The position numbers were made by a program, and so were the translations under genes. This document shows, one piece after another, positions 56,941 to 64,000 of a stretch of 64,000 nt of DNA. Numbering within the stretch: position 1 is the stretch's first letter; each line of letters begins with the position of its first letter. The notes below the pieces were generated by a model. That model was not told the origin of the DNA and did not search any database. It saw nothing but the letters and a program-made list of their open reading frames with translations. The DNA comes from Myxococcota bacterium (GTDB lineage Bacteria > Myxococcota_A > UBA796 > GCA-2862545). The stretch is taken from positions 34,039 to 98,038 of the forward strand of contig JBCCQY010000010.1 in NCBI GenBank assembly GCA_039208735.1, read 5' to 3'.

Positions 56941-58925
56941 TCGCGTTTTGGTGGGTGTGCACGGCCTTCGCAGATGACCTTCCTCTTCGCGTGATCGAAC
57001 CGGCCCTCGTGGGTCGCGAAACGCCCCTCCCTCGCGCCGTCAAATCCGACGTCGAACGCTCTTTTCAGGACGCGGTGCGGCAAACCTGGCCGGACGCCAC
57101 CGCGGCGGGCGACGCACGCACCACAGGACCCGTCTCGTCCCAGGCCGACCCTGTGGTCCATGTGGGGCTTCGGGTCACCCGCTTCGAGGAAGACCGCGTC
57201 GTTTTCGGCAAGGAGAAAACGGTCGAAGCCTTGCGGGCCACAGTGGCGCCGTTTGCCATCGATCTAGGCACCGGCGAAGTCATCGCCAGTGCTCCGTTCA
57301 GCTTTGTGGTGACGAGCGAGCGCCTCGGCACCAAGACCGATTCCGATGCCGAGGCTCTGCGCCAGGCCTTCGTCGAAACTGGCGTCCCGCGCGCCGTGGA
57401 GCGGTTCGCCACCGGGTTTGCCCCCGACCGGCTCGAGGCGCGCGTCGTGGAGCGAACCAAGGCGGGCGCCTTCATCGCCCGTGGACAGCTCGACGGCAGC
57501 TTTGTTGGGGAACGTCTACGGACCGATTCGGGCGAGATCGTCGAGGTGATCGAAACCGGCGCTCGGGTCTCCCGAGTGGTTTCGCCAACCGGTGGGCGAT
57601 TGCCCAGTGCAGGGTCCACAGTGGTGCGACCAGGGCTGGCCCGACCTTTGGGGAAGGCTCCACGCGTCTTGGTGGCCGCCCCCCGTCGCGTGCCCGCGAA
57701 CGGACCTGACCCCGAAGCGGTGACGATGTGGGTCGAAGAGGCGCTCGCCCAGGCGGGTTGGGTGGTCGTGCCGCGTGGAACTGAGCTGTTTTCCACCCAG
57801 CTCCGCGAGGCAGCGAGCCTCGACATTCCCGAGGCGTCGCTGCTCAACGCCCAGACCCCACCCGAACGCGTCGCGATTCCGCGGGTTTGGCGCCTCAGCA
57901 CGGCTTCGGTCACCGACCCCACCGGGGCCGCTCGACTGACCGTCACGACCGGGCTTCAGGTCGACGTGTTCGACCTATCCACCGGGTTGCTCGTGCAATC
58001 CACCCCCGTCGTCGAACTCGCCGAGCACGACACCCGCAGTGATGCGCTCGAAGCGTTCTCCAAGGCGATGCAGGTGAGTGTGGTCAAGGATGCGGCGGTG
58101 GTGTTGGCACAGGCCCCTGCGGCCTATCCGACGGCGCCGCTTCCCACCGCCACGCTCGAAAAACTCCGCCCCGCGGGCTTTGCGTGGACGTCGACGGCGG
58201 CTCCGCTGCCGGCTGGCGTCATCGGCGAAGTCCAGCGGCCCCTGGTGTTTGAAGGACCCAACGGGGAGTCGCTCGATGGGCCCGCGGAGCGAATTGGGGT
58301 GGCCCGGGTGTTGGGACTCGAGAAGCAACGCATCGAGGCGGCCTGGCTTGCGCCGGGGTCCGCCAAGGTGGGCGACCGGTTTACCCCGGTCGGAGGTCGC
58401 AAGGGAGGGCCCCCGGTCGTCATCGAACCTCCCGTGGTGAGCGGAGGCGCCGAGCTTCCCGTCATCGACCGCGCGGCGTGGGCCGGGCTGCATCAGGCCG
58501 AAGGTCTGGCCATCGTTGCTTCCGACGACGATCAGGCGACCCTCGATGGCGTGGTGGTGAGCGTCGCCCGGAGCGGTTTCGCAGGTGAGATCTCGCGGGA
58601 ACCGGTCTCCGCACCGCGTACGTTGAGCACCCAATTCATCGTCAAGGTGACCCACAAAACCAAAGGCCGGAAACGGCTCACCACCGTGCGGGTCGAGGCG
58701 GAGGCACGAGTCACGCGCGATGGGGAACCGGTCCTCCTTAAGCCCCCCTCCGCCGATGAGGCAGCGCCTGTCTACACCATGTGGACCCAGCAAACCCTCG
58801 AAACGCCGGTCAAGCGCCGCGCGCGAGACCTCACCGTCGTCGATCTTTCCGGCACGATTCTCGAGACCGTCCACGCAACCGCATCGACCCTCGGACAACG
58901 GGTCGCGGTGATGCTCGGCGGCTGA
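56937..58925 (+). CDS. Exported protein with repeated CsgG/FlgT-like alpha/beta and beta domains
   Basis: GTGA overlap; signal ..TAFA|DD; IDLGTGEVIAS and FDLSTGLLVQS repeats; ARVVE...FIARGQLDGSFVGERL. Confidence 0.7.
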   Translation: MIAFWWVCTAFADDLPLRVIEPALVGRETPLPRAVKSDVERSFQDAVRQTWPDATAAGDARTTGPVSSQADPVVHVGLRVTRFEEDRVVFGKEKTVEALRATVAPFAIDLGTGEVIASAPFSFVVTSERLGTKTDSDAEALRQAFVETGVPRAVERFATGFAPDRLEARVVERTKAGAFIARGQLDGSFVGERLRTDSGEIVEVIETGARVSRVVSPTGGRLPSAGSTVVRPGLARPLGKAPRVLVAAPRRVPANGPDPEAVTMWVEEALAQAGWVVVPRGTELFSTQLREAASLDIPEASLLNAQTPPERVAIPRVWRLSTASVTDPTGAARLTVTTGLQVDVFDLSTGLLVQSTPVVELAEHDTRSDALEAFSKAMQVSVVKDAAVVLAQAPAAYPTAPLPTATLEKLRPAGFAWTSTAAPLPAGVIGEVQRPLVFEGPNGESLDGPAERIGVARVLGLEKQRIEAAWLAPGSAKVGDRFTPVGGRKGGPPVVIEPPVVSGGAELPVIDRAAWAGLHQAEGLAIVASDDDQATLDGVVVSVARSGFAGEISREPVSAPRTLSTQFIVKVTHKTKGRKRLTTVRVEAEARVTRDGEPVLLKPPSADEAAPVYTMWTQQTLETPVKRRARDLTVVDLSGTILETVHATASTLGQRVAVMLGG

Positions 58926-58931
58926 CTGGGC

Positions 58932-59879
58932 TCAAGCGCGGGCCGCCATGACCTCCTCCCACGTGGGGGGCGAGGCACCGGCTCGCGTCACGTTCAGGGC
59001 GGCGGCCACGCGGGCATGGTCCAATGCATCCACCAAGGCGGCCGTGGGGGCCTTGGCGAAGCCTCGCTGATCGAGGAGGCCGGAGCGCTGGAGCGCGGCG
59101 AGGAGGGCCGCCTGAAAGCAGTCTCCGGCCCCAACGGTGTCGACCACGTCGGCGACGGAAAACGCGGGTCGCTCCACCTCGCCCGTGGCGGTCACCAACA
59201 TGGCCCCTTCGGACCCCATCGTGAGGGCCACAAGCCCCCCCTCGAGTCGGTCGAGCACCTGACGCGCCGCGGAGCGTGGGTTGGGACCCATGCCTAGGGC
59301 ATCGAGATCTTCATCCGAGGCCTTCACAATGTCACCCAGCGGCAACAGGTCGATGAGCCCCTGCACGTAGGCGTCCCGGTTTGGCTCGGCGCTCAATCGT
59401 ACGTTGAGGTCGATGGCCACCAACACTCCACGCGCGCGGGCCGTCTGCAGCACCCGACGCATCTTCGGCAGCTCACCCGGCACCAGGGCCAGGGAGCCGG
59501 TGTGCAACACCCCCACATCGGGGGGCAACCGCGCTAACAGCTCGTCCGCGGAGATGTCACGATCGGCGATGCCTTCGCGGTAGAGCCCATAGGCGGGCTG
59601 TCCAGATTCATCGATGGTGACCACGGCCAGCGACGTCGGCCGGGAGGAGCGAGGGCACTCGGGGACCTGAGCCCCCTCCGCGACCAGGGCGTCGTGCAGG
59701 GCATCACCAAACGCATCCGCAGACAGCGGTGACATGTAGCTGACGGGGACGCCTTGTCGGGCCAAGGCTCGCGCCACGTTGTAGGGCGACCCACCCACGT
59801 GTGGGCGAAACGCCCCCGAGGGTTGACGGATGAGGTCCATGATCGACTCGCCCACGACCGCGATCGTCTTTTCGGTCAC
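58932..59879 (-). CDS. PfkB-family carbohydrate kinase (fructokinase-like)
   Basis: VVGESIMD, GGSPYNVA, DLNVR, KASDEDL, DTVGAGDCF; GTG after GGAGGGAG. Confidence 0.93.
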   Translation of the reverse strand: MTEKTIAVVGESIMDLIRQPSGAFRPHVGGSPYNVARALARQGVPVSYMSPLSADAFGDALHDALVAEGAQVPECPRSSRPTSLAVVTIDESGQPAYGLYREGIADRDISADELLARLPPDVGVLHTGSLALVPGELPKMRRVLQTARARGVLVAIDLNVRLSAEPNRDAYVQGLIDLLPLGDIVKASDEDLDALGMGPNPRSAARQVLDRLEGGLVALTMGSEGAMLVTATGEVERPAFSVADVVDTVGAGDCFQAALLAALQRSGLLDQRGFAKAPTAALVDALDHARVAAALNVTRAGASPPTWEEVMAARA

Positions 59880-59911
59880 CGGTTTCTCCCTCCGCACCGA
59901 CGCCACCTCCG

Positions 59912-60682
59912 TTAGCTCGGCGGACGCAGAGCCCGCCCCTCGAGCCACGCGACCGCGGCCTTGGCGCCGAGCTTGCCCAGCACGGTGTAGTCGGACCGAA
60001 GCGAGCGGCTTTCGCGAGCCGGCTCACACACCACCGCGTTCGCTTTGCGCGAGGTTGCATGGCAAAAGCGGATCGCCCGGGTGTCATGGATGAGGAAACC
60101 CGTGTGGGTGTCGAGCCCCACGAGGTAGATGCCCGGGCCTGCGGCCACCGCCCGCTGGACGACGTTGGTGTGCGGCACCTTGTCGAATCGCTCGATGGCC
60201 TCGGCGGCCACCATGGTCTGCACGATCCGCTCTGAAGGCTCCTTGCCAAGCTCAATGCGCTGCACATCGAAGCCTGCGTGCTCGAGCAGCGTCGAGACGA
60301 AAAACCCGCAGGCAATGCGCCCCCCACCGGGCTCCTCGGAGGTACCGAAGAACCCGTAGGGCGTGCCAATCCACGACTCGACCATTGCGCCCAGGTGCTG
60401 AGCGACGGCTTCCTGTGCGAGGTCGACCACATCCTCGCCCTTGGCATGACGGACCGCCAGTTGGGCCTGGAGCTGGTTTAGGTCGCCACGCTGCGTGGCA
60501 TAGTCCGCCGCATCTCGTGGCGGCACCAAGACCTCGTCAGGGGCTGGCGCCTCGATCTTCACCGACGCGACGTGGGCCAGCGCAGGTCGGCTCACGCGCG
60601 GGGCGGTGGCGTACACGGCCAAACCCCCGATCCCACACATCAGAGCCGCCCATCCTATGTGAAACCGGAATGGAGTCGCCAT
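59912..60682 (-). CDS. Membrane-anchored NlpC/P60-like (papain-fold) protein
   Basis: N-terminal TM; WIGTPYGFFG...IACGFFVS (Cys), HTGF (His), FCHA (His). Confidence 0.7.
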   Translation of the reverse strand: MATPFRFHIGWAALMCGIGGLAVYATAPRVSRPALAHVASVKIEAPAPDEVLVPPRDAADYATQRGDLNQLQAQLAVRHAKGEDVVDLAQEAVAQHLGAMVESWIGTPYGFFGTSEEPGGGRIACGFFVSTLLEHAGFDVQRIELGKEPSERIVQTMVAAEAIERFDKVPHTNVVQRAVAAGPGIYLVGLDTHTGFLIHDTRAIRFCHATSRKANAVVCEPARESRSLRSDYTVLGKLGAKAAVAWLEGRALRPPS

Positions 60683-60763
60683 GCTCCCGTAGAACCCGTG
60701 GGGCCGAGGTTCCGAAGGTCAAGAAGGGTCAAACCAGAACACGTCACCCCGTTACGATGCGGC

Positions 60764-61573
60764 GTGCGCACGTTGCTCGCCGAAGTCGCTCCCTACCTGG
60801 CCTTTGCGCGTGCCGCGTTCGCACGCCAATGGACCTATGGCACGGCCAACTGGGCGGGGTTGTTCACCAACTCCTTCTTTCTGTTCTTCCGTGCCTACGC
60901 GCTCGAAGCTTGCTTTGACGCCCGGAACGAGATCGGAGGCCTCGATGCACAGGCAGTGGTCACCTACGTCACGGTCAGCCAAAGCCTCGTGATGGTGTGC
61001 CCGCAGTGGGGCGCGCTTGGACTCGCGGCCGCCGTCAAGTCAGGCCAAGTGGCGATTCAACTGCTTCGGCCGGTCGATCTGTATGGCTCGGTGCTCGCCC
61101 GCCGGCTGGCGCTATCGGCGTACTACGTAGGCGCACGGATGCTCCCGGTGCTGTGCATTGGCGGCATGGCCGGCCTGTTGTCGTGGCCCGACCCCACCTG
61201 GCTCCCGGCCTTCGTGATCAGCGTGGTCCTTGGGGCCATCATCGGGACGAGCATCTTGGTCCTCGCGGAGGCCTCGGCGTTCTGGTTCGAATCCGAGCGC
61301 GGCGTCCGCTACCTCATTCTCGGCGCCGCGGTTCTTCCCTCGGGGCTCCTGGTCCCGGTGGACTTCTTTGGCCCCTGGCTCGAGGTGGTGGCGACCGTCT
61401 TGCCTTTCGCCCACTCCCTCTACACCCCGACCCGCATCTGGATGGGGGGACTGACCGGTGCCGAGGTAGGCGGCCTGCTCGCGCTCCAAGGGGGGTGGGC
61501 GGTGGCGTTGGTGTGGCTGGCTCGCCGGGTACTCGCGGCCGGCGCATCGCGACTGCAGGTGCTTGGTGGCTAA
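60764..61573 (+). CDS. ABC-2 family permease (DUF990-like)
   Basis: About 6 TMs; SGQVAIQLLRPVD, AFWFE, SGLLVPVDFF, LPF...YTP. Confidence 0.85.
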   Translation: MRTLLAEVAPYLAFARAAFARQWTYGTANWAGLFTNSFFLFFRAYALEACFDARNEIGGLDAQAVVTYVTVSQSLVMVCPQWGALGLAAAVKSGQVAIQLLRPVDLYGSVLARRLALSAYYVGARMLPVLCIGGMAGLLSWPDPTWLPAFVISVVLGAIIGTSILVLAEASAFWFESERGVRYLILGAAVLPSGLLVPVDFFGPWLEVVATVLPFAHSLYTPTRIWMGGLTGAEVGGLLALQGGWAVALVWLARRVLAAGASRLQVLGG

Positions 61574-62384
61574 ACCCTCGATCCTCTCTGATCTCTCGGT
61601 GTGGGTCAGGCTTCTTGGGGCCTCGTTGACCGGCCAACTCACCTACCGACGGTCCTTCCTTCTCGAGATGGCAGGTCGATTCACCCTGACCTTGCTCGAA
61701 CTCGCGGCGGTATTCGTACTGTTCGACCACGTCGATGCGATCGGCGGCTTTACGAAGTGGGAGGTCGTCTATCTGTACGGCGTGGCGTCGATCGGTCTCG
61801 GAACGGCGGAGTTGTTCACCGACGGCCTCAACGACATGACGGCCCTGGTGCGGCAGGGCACGCTCGACGGTGTCCTGGTACGGCCGCTGTCCCCGCTCCT
61901 CCAAATCATGGCGCGCCAGTGCCGTCCTCTGCATGCGGGTCGGGTCTTGCAAGGGATGCTTGCCTTGGTCTCGGCCCTCGTGGTGCTCCAGTGGCCTGCG
62001 CAGCCGCTTCAGGTGGCCATGTTGGTCGTGAACCTCGTTTCGACGACGCTAGTGTTTGGGGCCATCTTCGTGATGGGTGCAGCGACCAAGATCTTCACCA
62101 TCCAGTCGGCCGAGGCGTTTTCGGCGTTCACCTACGGCGGGGTGCAACTCGCCCAGTTCCCCTTGAACGTCTACCCCCGGTGGCTCCAGCGGCTCTTTGT
62201 GTTTGTCGTGCCCGTAGGCGTGACAAGCTACGCTCCAGCGCTGGTGGTGCTCGGCAAGGGTCCCGATCCCTCGCTAGGGCCCTGGGCGCCGTATGCGGTG
62301 CCTTTCGTCACGCTGGCCTTCGTGGGTGTGGCGCTGTTGTGGTGGCGTACCGCACTCGACCGCTACCAAAGTACGGGAAGCTGA
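61563..62384 (+). CDS. ABC-2 family permease (DUF990-like)
   Basis: YRRSF, GGFTKWEV, GTLDGVLVRP, QFPLNVYP, RYQSTGS. Confidence 0.88.
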   Translation: MVAKPSILSDLSVWVRLLGASLTGQLTYRRSFLLEMAGRFTLTLLELAAVFVLFDHVDAIGGFTKWEVVYLYGVASIGLGTAELFTDGLNDMTALVRQGTLDGVLVRPLSPLLQIMARQCRPLHAGRVLQGMLALVSALVVLQWPAQPLQVAMLVVNLVSTTLVFGAIFVMGAATKIFTIQSAEAFSAFTYGGVQLAQFPLNVYPRWLQRLFVFVVPVGVTSYAPALVVLGKGPDPSLGPWAPYAVPFVTLAFVGVALLWWRTALDRYQSTGS

Positions 62385-63370
62385 TGATCGAGGTCACCGA
62401 CCTGCAACGTTACTACCGGATGAGCTCGGGCAGCGGCGGCTTGTGGGGTCGACTCCGCGCATTGGCCACCGGCGATGAGACCTTAGTGAAGGCCGTCGAT
62501 GGCGTGTCGTTCCGCATCGAACCTGGTGAGTTCGTGGGCTACGTCGGACCGAACGGGGCCGGCAAGTCGAGCACCCTCAAGATGCTCACGGGCATCCTGC
62601 GCCCCACCGGCGGTCACATCGAGGTCGGCGGCCTCGTGCCCCACCAGCAACGGACGCGATTGGCCAGTCGCATCGGAGTGGTGTTTGGTCAGCGCACCCA
62701 GCTGTGGTGGGACCTCTCCCCCGAAGAGGGGTTTGACCTGTTGCGCCACATCTACCGCGTCGACGAAGCCACCCATCGCCGACGACTCGCAGCACTCCGC
62801 GAACGGCTCGATCTCGGCGATTTCGTTCGGGCGCCGGTTCGCAAGCTTTCGCTCGGCCAGAAGATGCGTTGCGAGCTTGCCGCCGCGCTCTTGCATGGCC
62901 CCGACGTGCTGTTTCTCGACGAACCCACCATCGGGCTTGATGTCGTGGTGAAGACCCAGCTCCACGCCTTCCTGCGTCAGATCAACGCGGACGACGGCGT
63001 GACCGTGCTGCTGACGTCGCACGACCTCGACGACATCGAGCGACTCTGCCGACGGGTGATGGTGCTCGACCAAGGGCACCTCCTTCACGATGGCGATCTG
63101 ACCTCGCTGTACCGGCGGTATGGCCACTTGCGGCGACTGACCGTGCAACTCGGCGATCCAACGTCGGACCTCGAACTGCCGGACGGCGCCGAGATCGACG
63201 AACGAGACGCCGCAACCATCACCATTGTGTTCGATGCCGACCGCATCGCCGCCCCCGACCTGGTCCGGCAACTCCTCGCCGACCACGATGTCCGGGACCT
63301 CTCGGTTCAGGAGGCTCGCATCGAGGAAGTGGTGCGCCGGATCTACTCCCAGCCGTTGCACCGTTCGTAG
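62384..63370 (+). CDS. ABC transporter ATP-binding subunit
   Basis: GPNGAGKS, FGQRTQLWWDL, LSLGQKMR, FLDEPTIGLD, TSHD; TGATG overlap. Confidence 0.95.
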   Translation: MIEVTDLQRYYRMSSGSGGLWGRLRALATGDETLVKAVDGVSFRIEPGEFVGYVGPNGAGKSSTLKMLTGILRPTGGHIEVGGLVPHQQRTRLASRIGVVFGQRTQLWWDLSPEEGFDLLRHIYRVDEATHRRRLAALRERLDLGDFVRAPVRKLSLGQKMRCELAAALLHGPDVLFLDEPTIGLDVVVKTQLHAFLRQINADDGVTVLLTSHDLDDIERLCRRVMVLDQGHLLHDGDLTSLYRRYGHLRRLTVQLGDPTSDLELPDGAEIDERDAATITIVFDADRIAAPDLVRQLLADHDVRDLSVQEARIEEVVRRIYSQPLHRS

Positions 63371-64000
63371 CGATCGACAATGGCCGTCCCGCCCTCAACG
63401 ACATGGTAGTGCCCATGGGCGGCGGCGGTCATGCAGGCGTGATTAGGCAAGATGCGAACCCGGTCGCCAACGTTCAGCGTCGAAGGGGCTCGGTCGATGA
63501 GGCCATGTTCTTGGTGGACATCGTCCACGTGGATCGCTCCCGCGAAGGGGTGTCCTTCGAGGTCGCAAACGACGCCGTAGCCTGCGTCGACGGGGCTATG
63601 CGCGGTGCTGCGGTCCTTGGACAGGGCCAATCCACCCGCGTCGAGCACCACCCGGTCGCCACGCCGGCTGATCACCGTGCTGATCACGGTAAGCGCGATG
63701 TCATCCTGCTCGCAGCAGCCGATTGCCGCCTGAAAGAGATCCATGAACAGGTAGACACCAGGCCGCATCTCGGTCGCCCCGGAGGCTCGCTCGGCGTGGA
63801 CTGCGGTAGGGGTCGAGCCGAGGCTCACCATGGCGCAGGGAAGCCCGCGTTCGCGAAGGCGGGCTGCGGCTGCGACAATGGATTGCCGTTCCTCTTCCGC
63901 AATCGCGGCAATCGCCGTCGCTCCGACCGCGCCGTAGCTTTGGCCGGCATGGGTGAGAACGCCGTCACACCGGTCTCCCAACGCCTCTGCAACGGCCACC
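63343..64000 (-). CDS. DSD1 / D-threonine aldolase-family PLP enzyme (3' part only)
   Basis: LTHAGQSY, SLGSTPT, TEMRPGVYLFMD, DAGGLALSKD, QEHG, ILPNHACMT. Confidence 0.9.
   Translation of the reverse strand, partial: VAVAEALGDRCDGVLTHAGQSYGAVGATAIAAIAEEERQSIVAAAARLRERGLPCAMVSLGSTPTAVHAERASGATEMRPGVYLFMDLFQAAIGCCEQDDIALTVISTVISRRGDRVVLDAGGLALSKDRSTAHSPVDAGYGVVCDLEGHPFAGAIHVDDVHQEHGLIDRAPSTLNVGDRVRILPNHACMTAAAHGHYHVVEGGTAIVDRYERCNGWE

Noticed and set aside
1..64000. CRISPR arrays, rRNA, IS elements, prophage genes
   Set aside because: No regularly spaced repeats, rRNA-like tracts, or transposase, integrase or phage structural motifs seen by eye.

Overview
High-GC bacterial chromosomal window. 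The gene content (DUF1592/DUF1552 pair, TIGR02996-type protein, VWA and Cys-rich lipoproteins, Ser/Thr-His hybrid kinase, LuxE/LuxC) suggests Myxococcota, but this is inference. It holds about 50 densely packed CDSs and one tRNA (CAU anticodon, probably Ile2). I see no CRISPR array, rRNA, transposase or integrase. Housekeeping genes: rnj, glyA-nrdR-ribD, mltB, ppx, a PfkB kinase and an ABC-2 exporter. The loci most worth following up are: (1) an operon of exported proteins in which an intact caspase (C14) domain appears inserted into an FlgT/CsgG-like scaffold; (2) an AhcY-fold protein with most catalytic residues substituted, coupled to a TPR-like gene and ppx; (3) a class III aminotransferase-LuxE-LuxC operon, a possible acid-to-aldehyde-to-amine pathway; (4) a fused TPP E1 alpha/beta gene coupled to a FabD-like acyltransferase that lacks the malonyl-binding Arg, with no E2/E3 nearby; (5) a plsA/plsR-like anaerobic plasmalogen-type gene pair; (6) a tRNA enclosed by inverted repeats with a sigma70-like promoter facing it antisense. 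All family calls come from motif recognition by eye, not database searches. Start codons were refined by eye from ribosome-binding sites and stop/start overlaps.
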